Notes under the pieces: generated by a model | What the model saw: only the letters and a program-made list of their open reading frames with translations | Told to the model about the DNA's origin: nothing | The model's database searches: none | NCBI GenBank assembly: GCA_020052615.1 | Contig: JAGVOT010000123.1 | Span: 174-32,173, forward strand | Source of the DNA: Nitrospirota bacterium | GTDB lineage: Bacteria > Nitrospirota > UBA9217 | Length of the DNA stretch: 32,000 nucleotides | Reading direction: 5' to 3' | In this document: positions 7,751 through 15,973 of the stretch, piece after piece | How the letters are laid out: each line of letters begins with the position of its first letter | Numbering within the stretch: the first letter of the stretch is position 1 | Made by a program: the position numbers and the translations under genes

Positions 7751-9510
7751 GACCAAGAATGGCTGCAGTGTTCGTACGAATGGCGTTCATAATTGCTGTT
7801 TCGCTCTCCCTTGTCATGTTCGCTGCAAATGGAGCGGATCCAGGGCATATCCTGTCCTGTGCCCATGCAGCTCCGGCCGGGGAAAAGCCGTGGGTCGATG
7901 CCCGGTCCCATGCGTCCTTTTCGGCGGCCCTTGCGGCGATAGGAAGTGCTCCCGCGACCCTGCTTATCTCCGAACGGCAGCAGATATCCGTCAGCACGAC
8001 CGTTCCCTCGAACGTCGGCCTGCTCTTCCTGGCGGGCGGGTCGCTAGACCTGGCCGCGGGCGTCACGGCGACCATCAACGGCCCACTCCAGGTCGGTCTC
8101 TTCCGGGTCTTCGGAGGGGAAGGGGCGGTCGTCCTGGGGCCGGGTTCCGTGGTAGAGGTCCATCCCGAATGGTTCGGAGCGAAACCGGACGGAGCACAGG
8201 ACTCCGGACCGGCCATTCAGAAGTGCATTGATGCCTCGCCCGCGGGCACGGTCGTACGGTTCGCGGGAGGAACCTATCTAACCTCGGTCCCCATCGCGTT
8301 CCGACCGGACCGTTCGTACATCGGCAGTTCCCACAGCGGGAGCGGAACGGTCATCAAGCAGAAGGACGCAGCCCGCATTGCGCCGGCGATCTTCGTGTCG
8401 AAGGGATGGACCGACGGCGCATCGATAGCGGACAACCGCGTGATCTTCCGGGACCTGCTGCTCCACGGTAACAAGAAGAACAATCCGAACGCCGCGACCC
8501 ACGGCATCCTCAGCATGAACTACTATTCAGTGTTCGAGAACATTACCGTGTACGATGCGCCGGGTGACGGCATCCGATTCACCGACCGAAACGGCGCGAA
8601 CCGCGTCATCGCGAGTACTGCGGTCGGGAATAAGGTCCTCCACGGCAAGTTCATCAAGTGCGGCGGGAGCGGCATTCGGGGCGACAACAACGGCAGCGCC
8701 CTCACGGACGGGTATCTTATCGACAACGAGATCGGCAATTGCGGCGAGCATGGCATCTCTATAGAGCGGGGCGCGGGTTGGAAAGTCCTGGGCAATTACG
8801 TGTACGGCGTCGGCCGGAATGGCATCGTCCTCGACCGGGGCTGGAACAGCCAGATACTGGGAAACACTATTGACAATTATGGTCTGAGCGCGATCAAGGG
8901 AACCTATGCCGGGCTCGCGATGAACACGATCAGCGATAACGTTCCCTGTCTCATCAACGATAACATCATTCGTCTGCGCGATCCGGCCGAGGGTTCAACG
9001 TACCGCGGAATAACGGTCACTACGGGGGCCGGGACGAAGGAGGCCGAGGTCATCATTGCAGGCAACATCGCGAGCCTTGCCAAGAGGGGGACGTTCTTTG
9101 TTTCCGGCGGCAACGGTGGCGGGACCGCGCAACTGTCGGACAACCGCGTCTCCGGGGCGCTGGCCACCATCGCTCGAACGGGGGGCTCGATGGTCATCGT
9201 CCACCGGGACAACAGTTTCGATATTGCTTTCGCAAGGTTCCCCGGCAACGATCCGACCCCGTCCGTCCTGTCCGGTTCGCAGTACCGAACGATAAACACG
9301 GCTCCGACCGTGATCAGCGGCTTTGACGACGGTTATGACGGCCAGAGGATCGTTGTCGTCGTCGACGATGCATTCACGGCCATGGATTTCACGGGATCGC
9401 AGCTCTCAGGCAACGGTGGAGTTGATTGGAAACCCCGACGCGGCGACCACATGGAGTGTGTCTTTGACGGAAGCGCGTGGCACTGCATGACCAGCGGGAG
9501 GCCCCGGTAG
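7747..9510 (+). CDS. Secreted right-handed parallel beta-helix protein (pectate-lyase-3-like; putative polysaccharide glycanase, lyase or epimerase)
   Basis: Signal peptide MRPRMAAVFVRMAFIIAVSLSLVMFAANGA. The hallmark HPEWFGAKPDGAQDSGPAIQKCIDASPAGTVVRFAGGTYL is followed by repeated beta-helix coil signatures (NITVYDAPGDGIRF, GNKVLHGKFIKCGGSGIRG, IDNEIGNCGEHGISI, LGNYVYGVGRNGIVL, LGNTIDNYG). Confidence 0.7.
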   Translation: MRPRMAAVFVRMAFIIAVSLSLVMFAANGADPGHILSCAHAAPAGEKPWVDARSHASFSAALAAIGSAPATLLISERQQISVSTTVPSNVGLLFLAGGSLDLAAGVTATINGPLQVGLFRVFGGEGAVVLGPGSVVEVHPEWFGAKPDGAQDSGPAIQKCIDASPAGTVVRFAGGTYLTSVPIAFRPDRSYIGSSHSGSGTVIKQKDAARIAPAIFVSKGWTDGASIADNRVIFRDLLLHGNKKNNPNAATHGILSMNYYSVFENITVYDAPGDGIRFTDRNGANRVIASTAVGNKVLHGKFIKCGGSGIRGDNNGSALTDGYLIDNEIGNCGEHGISIERGAGWKVLGNYVYGVGRNGIVLDRGWNSQILGNTIDNYGLSAIKGTYAGLAMNTISDNVPCLINDNIIRLRDPAEGSTYRGITVTTGAGTKEAEVIIAGNIASLAKRGTFFVSGGNGGGTAQLSDNRVSGALATIARTGGSMVIVHRDNSFDIAFARFPGNDPTPSVLSGSQYRTINTAPTVISGFDDGYDGQRIVVVVDDAFTAMDFTGSQLSGNGGVDWKPRRGDHMECVFDGSAWHCMTSGRPR

Positions 9511-9513
9511 CGG

Positions 9514-10839
9514 ATGAAGACCATGGAGGGATCACGCATCAACTTCAACGTCCACGCTGTCTTCTGGCTTCTCCTTGCCTTTTACCCGGCAGCGCGAGAT
9601 TTTTTTTCCGGCGTATCGGCCGCCCAGCGCGTGATGCACGCGATGTTCCTTCTGTATATCGTCACGTGCATCATCATCCATGGGAACTACCGGATATCGA
9701 TGAGACGGAATATATTCGAACTGGCCGTGACGTACGGCCTTGTCACGATGATATACTACGGTTTGGTGACCCTGTACAACGGCATGCAGGTGACCGGTGT
9801 GGGGCTGGTTGATGTTTTCCGTCCGTTTATCTACCTGATATATTTTTTATTTCCGCTGTTGTTTCCCTTGACGGAGCAACAGTTCAAAAAAATCGTCACC
9901 CTGGTGCTTCTCCTAGGCATCGTACAGATCGCTTTCTCCCTGTTCGTGTATTCCAGCGCACTGTGGCCAATCGTGAATTTCTATAAAGGGCGCTTGAGCG
10001 ATGACATCCTGATGTTCCAGTTCTACCGGTGGTCGGGAACGTTCGGGTTCCCCTCTGATCTTGCTTTCTTTCTCTCTTTCATACTCTATTTTCTGCTCCT
10101 CTCCCTCCGATCGGGCCTGTATCCCAGAGCAGCGGTTTTCCTGGGCATCATGGCTGTTGTCGGAGCGCTGGTTATGACGCTCTCACGGGGCGGTCTGGGG
10201 ACCGTTGCCGTCATGATGATCTTCGTCATGGTGATGCTGAAGGGCACGCGGGGGGTGTTCTATGCGACTTTGGTGGCTGCCTTGTTTGCCATCGGCGTGT
10301 TCGGAGCCCTGCAGATGTTCGAGCGGCAGATGTTCGACATCTCATATATATCACAGTTATTGGAACAAGGGGTGGAGGCGAGAAGCGCGACACACCGGGT
10401 GACCGAACTGAATTTTGCATGGAAGACCATAGTCGAATCGTTTCCCATCGGCCTCGGCCCGGACAGGGCAAGGACCGAAACAGGACTCCGGGTCATCGAA
10501 ACCTTGTATGGACACCATCTGATCAAGTGGGGAATAGCCGGTTTCCTGCTCTATCTGGTCCCGGTCGTCTATTGCGCGACGATCGCCTACCGGCTCTGGA
10601 AAACGCATGAGGACAGGTTCATCGCCACGGCGACAGGAGCGCTACTCATTCTCATTATTTCCGTGCCGCTGATCTTCGGCATATCGAATACCATCAATGA
10701 TCGCTTCAAGGGACTGCCTTTTTACTATATAATGATGGGGTATCTTGTTATGCTGGACCAGCGCAGGCGGATGCGCGCCGGTGCGGCCGGGGACGCTGAC
10801 AGCATATTGCTGCGACCGGACGTACTGCCGGAGAGATGA
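9514..10839 (+). CDS. wzy: O-antigen ligase/polymerase family membrane protein (Wzy-like)
   Basis: 441-aa protein with about 10 or more hydrophobic segments. The central MTLSRGGLGTVAVMMIF stretch and the periplasmic-loop region with Arg/His (ARSATHRVTELNFAWK) are typical of the Wzy_C/O-antigen ligase domain. GC is lower than the flanks, as is usual for wzy genes. Confidence 0.7.
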   Translation: MKTMEGSRINFNVHAVFWLLLAFYPAARDFFSGVSAAQRVMHAMFLLYIVTCIIIHGNYRISMRRNIFELAVTYGLVTMIYYGLVTLYNGMQVTGVGLVDVFRPFIYLIYFLFPLLFPLTEQQFKKIVTLVLLLGIVQIAFSLFVYSSALWPIVNFYKGRLSDDILMFQFYRWSGTFGFPSDLAFFLSFILYFLLLSLRSGLYPRAAVFLGIMAVVGALVMTLSRGGLGTVAVMMIFVMVMLKGTRGVFYATLVAALFAIGVFGALQMFERQMFDISYISQLLEQGVEARSATHRVTELNFAWKTIVESFPIGLGPDRARTETGLRVIETLYGHHLIKWGIAGFLLYLVPVVYCATIAYRLWKTHEDRFIATATGALLILIISVPLIFGISNTINDRFKGLPFYYIMMGYLVMLDQRRRMRAGAAGDADSILLRPDVLPER

Positions 10840-10887
10840 AGAGATGACCGAATCAGCGGATCACCGTACAGGCAGGAGGAGAAGATA

Positions 10888-11601
10888 GTGCCGCTCTCTT
10901 ACGGAGGGCCGACCTCCTGCTACGGCGGATACGGCGTCCAAAACCGACTGCGAAAAGTGGATGCGGTCGCGCCGCTCTCGGGAATGACCATCCTGGACGC
11001 AGGCTGCGGGGACGGCCAGTACATCGATGAGCTGAAACGATACACCGGCGCCGTGCAGGGCGTCGAGATCGAGCCGGTGCGGGCTTCCCATGCGCGGCAG
11101 ATGACAGGCTGCAGGATCGACTCTTGCGACCTTTCGCAGCTGCTATTCGCTGACCGATCATTTGATCTGGTCTTCTGCAACGAGGTCCTGGAGCATACGG
11201 ACGATGATGTGAGTGTCTTGAAGGAATTTCACCGCGTCCTGAAGGCTGACGGACGATTGGCCCTCTACGTACCGAACCGTTGGTTTCCCCTTGAGACCCA
11301 CGGCGGTCGGATCTTCGGGATCGAGGTCGCACAGTTCCCGTTCCTGAACTATCTGCCGTTGACCGTCAGGAACCGGATCTGCAAAGCGGCGAGGATCTAT
11401 ACCCGGCGGAGCATCAAGGCCGCGCTCGGCCGCGCCGGCATGCGTGCGGTCCATGTGTCGTACATCTACCCGTCCTTTGACAGGTCCGAACGGACGCATC
11501 CGGGCATCGCCAAGGTCATGCGGTCACTGGCCGCTGCGCTGGAAAAAAGCCCGTTCAGGATGTTCGGAATATCGCTTTTCGTGTTGGCAGCCAAAGAGTG
11601 A
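10888..11601 (+). CDS. Class I SAM-dependent methyltransferase
   Basis: Motif I ILDAGCGDGQYI, then DLVFCNEVLEHTDDD and LKADGRLALYVPN. The start is GTG at 10888, after AGGAGGAG. The next in-frame Met is too close to motif I to serve as the start. Confidence 0.75.
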   Translation: MPLSYGGPTSCYGGYGVQNRLRKVDAVAPLSGMTILDAGCGDGQYIDELKRYTGAVQGVEIEPVRASHARQMTGCRIDSCDLSQLLFADRSFDLVFCNEVLEHTDDDVSVLKEFHRVLKADGRLALYVPNRWFPLETHGGRIFGIEVAQFPFLNYLPLTVRNRICKAARIYTRRSIKAALGRAGMRAVHVSYIYPSFDRSERTHPGIAKVMRSLAAALEKSPFRMFGISLFVLAAKE

Positions 11602-11626
11602 CCGCGGGAGTCCGCGAGGAGACGGC

Positions 11627-12313
11627 ATGGGCAGCATCGATTACACGGGCAGAGAAGGGGATGCGTATCACCGCATCAGGCACCGGGAGATCTTCGGCAA
11701 CGCCGAGCTTATCAGCGCCTGGGGCGCATATGCCGCAGCCGTCTATTTTTGCGGCGTGAAGCCCCATCACCGGATCCTGGAGATCGGGGCAGGCACGGGC
11801 ATCAACGTGGCCGGGGTGAGCAGGACGGCAGCGGTGACCGCCGTTGAGCCGGCCGAGGAGGCGCGAGAACACTGCAAGAAGCTCGGCATACGCTGCTTCC
11901 GGTCGCTAGAAGACCTGCCGGCCGGGCAGGCCTATGACTTCGTGCTGATGCGACATGTGCTCGAGCATGTCGAAGATCCCTGCGCCCTGCTCCGCCAGGC
12001 AAGGGAGCTCCTTGAGACGGGCGGCCGGGCGGTAATCGTCGTTCCCGTCGAATGGCCGTACAAACGGATCAATAGGCGGGATATCGACCACCATCTGTAC
12101 GGCTGGAACCGCCAGACCCTGTCGAACCTCCTGGAGTCCGGCGGTTGGCGGGTGGTGGAGTCCCGGATCAACTGGTATAATGGCAGAAGAATCTTCCTGC
12201 CGGTGTTCAAACGTGCGGGGGTAAACTGGTATATTCGCTGCCTTACCGTTCTTGGCCTGGTCATTCCGCACGCGGAGATCATCATGGTGGCGGAGCGCGG
12301 CGCCGCGCGGTGA
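11627..12313 (+). CDS. Class I SAM-dependent methyltransferase (second copy, different sequence)
   Basis: ILEIGAGTGINV (motif I), DFVLMRHVLEHVEDPCALLRQARELLETGGRAVIVVP. I prefer the ATG at 11627, since the ORF-track extension from 11444 overlaps the previous gene. Confidence 0.7.
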   Translation: MGSIDYTGREGDAYHRIRHREIFGNAELISAWGAYAAAVYFCGVKPHHRILEIGAGTGINVAGVSRTAAVTAVEPAEEAREHCKKLGIRCFRSLEDLPAGQAYDFVLMRHVLEHVEDPCALLRQARELLETGGRAVIVVPVEWPYKRINRRDIDHHLYGWNRQTLSNLLESGGWRVVESRINWYNGRRIFLPVFKRAGVNWYIRCLTVLGLVIPHAEIIMVAERGAAR

Positions 12314-12374
12314 AGGCAGGCACGAGGGTCGGCAGGTGTCGTGTTCCAGGGATGTATTTATCAGAGGAGGTCGG

Positions 12375-14543
12375 ATGATCGTGAGACGAATATGTTCGCA
12401 TGCGTGCGGTGTCCTGATGGTACTGGCGGCAAGCGTACTGCCGGCTGCCGCGCAGGTAAGTTCGATGCAGGCTGTTGATCCGCAGGCATCTCAGGCGTTT
12501 ATGAACGCCCTGTCGAAAGGCGATGTGCAGGCGATGCATAAGATGCTGGATGACCTGGGGAAAGCCAAGGCGCCGGTCAGCGCGGAACCCGCGCCCGTGA
12601 GGCCGTCGGAGCGCAAGCCGTCGCTGGTCGAGCGCACACTGTCCGGCAATCTGCCGACCGCCGATGCGCCGCTGCAGCAGTTCGGTTACGAGGCCTTTCT
12701 CAGGACGACCTCCACCTTCTTCACGCCGACCTCGGTCCCCGTCGGACCGGATTATCTTATCGGGCCGGGCGATCAGTTCACCCTCACGCTCTGGGGGACG
12801 GCCGAAGGCATCTTCATGGTGCAGGTCACCAAAGAGGGTGAGATCACCCTGCCGAAGGTCGGCGTCGTGTCAGTCGCCGGCCTGCGGTTCGGCGATCTTG
12901 AGAGGACGATCAGGCGCCATCTTCTCCGTTATTATTCGAATTTCAACCTCAGCGTCGCCATGGGGAACCTGCGGACCATGACGGTCTACGTGGTCGGGGA
13001 GGTTGCGAATCCGGGGAGCTACGCCCTGAGCTCGCTTTCCACGGTTTACAGCGCCCTGTTCGCGGCGGGCGGGCCTACCAAGCAGGGCTCGCTGCGGAAG
13101 ATCCAGGTGCTCCGCTCGGGAAAGGTCGTCAAGACCCTTGATCTATACGATTTTCTCCTGCAGGGTGACAAGAGCCATGATATCAGGCTGCAGCAGGAGG
13201 ACACGATCTTCGTGCCGCTCATAGGCGAGGTCGTCGGCGTCGCGGGTACGGTGTACCGTCCCGCGATCTATGAACTGAAGGGCGGGGAAACGATCGGCGA
13301 TCTGATCAGGACCGCCGGAGGGCTCATGCCGGTGACGCTCGGAAGCAGGCTGCAGCTCGCTCGCTTCGAAGACAACGAGCGCAAAGTGGTCAAGGATATC
13401 AAGGTTGACATGACGAGCACGGCTGCATCGAAGGACGGTGCGCTCTCCGACAAGGTCAGAGGCATGGATATGCTTACGATCCTTCCCATCTACGACAAGG
13501 TGTGGGAGATGGTGAGCCTGCGCGGCAGCGTTCAGCATCCCGGAGAATATCAATGGAGGACGGACCTGAAGCTGCGCGAGGTCATTTTGCTCGGACAGCC
13601 CCTGCCCACTGCAGACCTGCAGAAGGCCGACGTGATACGCATCAAGGACGGCCTCCGTGACCGCGAGGTCATCACCGTCGATCTCGCGGCCCTGCTTGCC
13701 GGGCCCGGGAGCGGGCAGGAGGACATCCTGCTGCGGCCCCGGGACCAGATCCGGGTGTATTCGGCCTATCGCGAGACGGAAGCGATCAGCCTGTCAGGAG
13801 AGATCGTCAGGCCGGGAACGTTCGAGATCCAGAGCGGAGAGCGTTTGAGCGACCTGCTGCGGCGGGCGGGTGGATTCACGGCCGAGGCTTATCCCTACGG
13901 CGCCGTCTTCAAAAGGCGGGATGTGAAGGACGCTCAGGACAAGAACCTGCGCGCATTCATCTCCAGGATGCAGTCGCAGATACTGCAGTCCGCGGCGGGC
14001 GGCACGGCAGCGGCGGTTTCGGCCGAAGAGGCGTCCTTTGCCAGGTCCGAGCTGGCCATGAACCAGGGGCTCCTGGAAAACCTGAAACGGATGCAAGAGC
14101 AGTTCGAGGGACGCGTTGCGATCACGTTGTCCGCGAACATTGAGCAATGGGCGGGAACGAAGGACGACTTGGTCCTGAAGGACGGCGACGCCCTGTATGT
14201 TCCCAAGCGTGCGCAGGAAGTAATGATCATGGGGGAGGTGCACAGCCCGGGCGCCCAGCTCTACCTTCCCGGACAGAAGGTGGGGCGGTATCTCGCTGCG
14301 ACCGGCGGGCCGACGACCTTTGCGGATAAAGAGCAGGTGTTCGTGATCCAGGCGAACGGCTATGCATTCAGCGGCGACTCACCCAGCGTCGGCGACATCG
14401 AGAACGTAGAGCTCCAGGCAGGGGACACGATCTTCGTGCCGCAGGACCTGGAGCGGCACGCTTCCATGCGGCTTACCAAGGATATCGTTGATATCATGTT
14501 CAAGACCGCGGTTATCATCGCGACAATCACCATATTGTTCTGA
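12375..14543 (+). CDS. wza: Outer-membrane polysaccharide export protein (OPX, Wza/KpsD-like) with multiple SLBB domains
   Basis: GAGGAGG precedes the ATG at 12375. The signal peptide is ...ASVLPAAAQ, not a lipobox. The Poly_export signature is PDYLIGPGDQFTLTLWGTAEG...ITLPKVGVVSVAGL. SLBB-like units repeat (VYVVGEVANPGSY, VAGTVYRPAIYEL, LRGSVQHPGEYQW, LSGEIVRPGTFEI, IMGEVHSPGAQLY). The C-terminus has a hydrophobic helix, FKTAVIIATITILF. Confidence 0.85.
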   Translation: MIVRRICSHACGVLMVLAASVLPAAAQVSSMQAVDPQASQAFMNALSKGDVQAMHKMLDDLGKAKAPVSAEPAPVRPSERKPSLVERTLSGNLPTADAPLQQFGYEAFLRTTSTFFTPTSVPVGPDYLIGPGDQFTLTLWGTAEGIFMVQVTKEGEITLPKVGVVSVAGLRFGDLERTIRRHLLRYYSNFNLSVAMGNLRTMTVYVVGEVANPGSYALSSLSTVYSALFAAGGPTKQGSLRKIQVLRSGKVVKTLDLYDFLLQGDKSHDIRLQQEDTIFVPLIGEVVGVAGTVYRPAIYELKGGETIGDLIRTAGGLMPVTLGSRLQLARFEDNERKVVKDIKVDMTSTAASKDGALSDKVRGMDMLTILPIYDKVWEMVSLRGSVQHPGEYQWRTDLKLREVILLGQPLPTADLQKADVIRIKDGLRDREVITVDLAALLAGPGSGQEDILLRPRDQIRVYSAYRETEAISLSGEIVRPGTFEIQSGERLSDLLRRAGGFTAEAYPYGAVFKRRDVKDAQDKNLRAFISRMQSQILQSAAGGTAAAVSAEEASFARSELAMNQGLLENLKRMQEQFEGRVAITLSANIEQWAGTKDDLVLKDGDALYVPKRAQEVMIMGEVHSPGAQLYLPGQKVGRYLAATGGPTTFADKEQVFVIQANGYAFSGDSPSVGDIENVELQAGDTIFVPQDLERHASMRLTKDIVDIMFKTAVIIATITILF

Positions 14544-14633
14544 CGGACGACCGATATCCCTCGCTTCCCAAAGGGCCGAACCCTCTGACGGTCCCGGGAG
14601 ACAGGAACGGAGGAAAGGACGGCGACGCACACC

Positions 14634-15347
14634 ATGAATGCCCGTGACGACGAGATCAACCTGATGTACTACTGGAACGTTCTGTGGCGGCATAAGCGGC
14701 TCATTATCGGGCTGTGTGCCGTTTCCGTCGCCCTGGCCGCAGGCGTCAGCCTGCTCCTGCCCAAGTATTATCGGGCGGAAACCGTCCTGATCGCGACCGG
14801 TTCCGAAGCCGGCGGACTGGGAGCGGCGTTGTCCTCCATCCCTCTGGCGGGCGTGCTGTCCGTAGGCGCCGGGATCCAGACATCAACGGACAAGGTCCTC
14901 GTTGTCCTGAACAGCAGGACGATAGCGGAGCAAGTGATCACGCGGTTTGATCTCCTCCGGGTCTTCAATGAGGACGACTGGGACCGGCAGAAGGGGGCGT
15001 GGAAGGACCCCGCCGATCCGCCGCTTCTGCAGGATGCCGTCAAACGATTGACCGAGGATGTCGTTGATATCAGCACGAGCAAGGAAGGCGCGATCACCAT
15101 TTCCGTCCTTTGGAAAGATGCGAAACTGGCGGCAGACATTGCCAATCAGTACGTCGCATCGATGGCGCAGATGCTGAATGAGAAAGCGATCAACGTGACG
15201 GTCCAGGTCGTTGACCGGGCCGTGCCGGCGGACAGAAAGGACAGGCCGAAAACGGGGCTCATTGCGGCGCTTGCAGCCGTGACGTCGCTCTTTTGCGGCC
15301 TCCTTGCGGCGTTTGCTCTAGAAATTCGGAAAAGACATCATTCATAG
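14634..15347 (+). CDS. wzz: Short Wzz-type chain-length determinant (PCP) without a kinase domain
   Basis: The Wzz N-terminal signature is EINLMYYWNVLWRHKRLIIGLCAVSVALAAGVSLLLPKYYRAETVL, with a second TM at the C-terminus (LIAALAAVTSLFCGLLAAFAL). Only about 160 aa lie between the TMs. No Walker motifs. Confidence 0.7.
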   Translation: MNARDDEINLMYYWNVLWRHKRLIIGLCAVSVALAAGVSLLLPKYYRAETVLIATGSEAGGLGAALSSIPLAGVLSVGAGIQTSTDKVLVVLNSRTIAEQVITRFDLLRVFNEDDWDRQKGAWKDPADPPLLQDAVKRLTEDVVDISTSKEGAITISVLWKDAKLAADIANQYVASMAQMLNEKAINVTVQVVDRAVPADRKDRPKTGLIAALAAVTSLFCGLLAAFALEIRKRHHS

Positions 15348-15394
15348 ATCTTTAGGTAAAGGGAGCCATCATTGAAGACAAGGAGTGCGCGTCC

Positions 15395-15973
15395 ATGAAA
15401 AGAACCCCCTTTGCGGTCATTTTCTCTCTTACCCTGCTGCTGGTCGTCGGACCCGCCCCGGCATCGGCCGCGTCAAGCGCGAATTACAAGAGAACGATGG
15501 AGCGGTACTCCGTTCCCGATGTCACGCTGGTCAACCAGGACGGGAAGCGGGTGCGCCTGCTCGACCTGGTGGACGGCGGCAAACCGGTGGTGCTCGATTT
15601 CATTTACGGGACCTGCACGACCATCTGCCCTGTCCTGTCGGCGAACTTCACGAATTTCCAGAGAAAGCTGGGGGAGGGTGTCGGCAAGGTCCAGCTCGTT
15701 TCCATCTCGATCGATCCCGAGAATGACACGCCCATGGTCATGAAGAAGTACCTCAAGAACTACCTGGCGCGGCCGGGCTGGGATTTTCTGACCGGCAGCC
15801 GGGAAGACATCGACCGCGTCATGCGGGCCTTCAGCGCCTATGTGCCCAACAAGATGTCCCACTACCCGATCATGTTCCTGCGGGCGCCCCGCGGCGACCA
15901 ATGGGTGCGCATCTACGGACTGATCGGAACGAAGGACTTCCTGGCGGAGTACGAGAAGGTGGCGCGGCCATGA
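15395..15973 (+). CDS. SCO1/SenC-family thioredoxin-fold protein (copper chaperone / thiol-disulfide oxidoreductase)
   Basis: AAGGAG (15380-15385) precedes the ATG. Signal peptide ...APASAASS. The CxxxC motif is in VLDFIYGTCTTICP, with SISIDPENDTP and a downstream conserved-position His (KMSHYPIMFL). Confidence 0.85.
   Translation: MKRTPFAVIFSLTLLLVVGPAPASAASSANYKRTMERYSVPDVTLVNQDGKRVRLLDLVDGGKPVVLDFIYGTCTTICPVLSANFTNFQRKLGEGVGKVQLVSISIDPENDTPMVMKKYLKNYLARPGWDFLTGSREDIDRVMRAFSAYVPNKMSHYPIMFLRAPRGDQWVRIYGLIGTKDFLAEYEKVARP

Noticed and set aside
7479-8216. Long ORFs antisense to, or out of frame with, confidently called genes. Examples are 7479-8216 (-), 2137-2673 (-), 2327-2839 (-), 15913-16857 (-), 20711-21736 (-), 22662-23420 (+), 28166-28813 (-), 29480-30133 (-) and 30198-31112 (-).
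   Set aside because: Each lies opposite or overlapping a gene with clear family motifs. Their translations are Arg/Pro/Gly/Ala-rich low-complexity strings with no recognisable domains. High-GC DNA routinely leaves such frames open.
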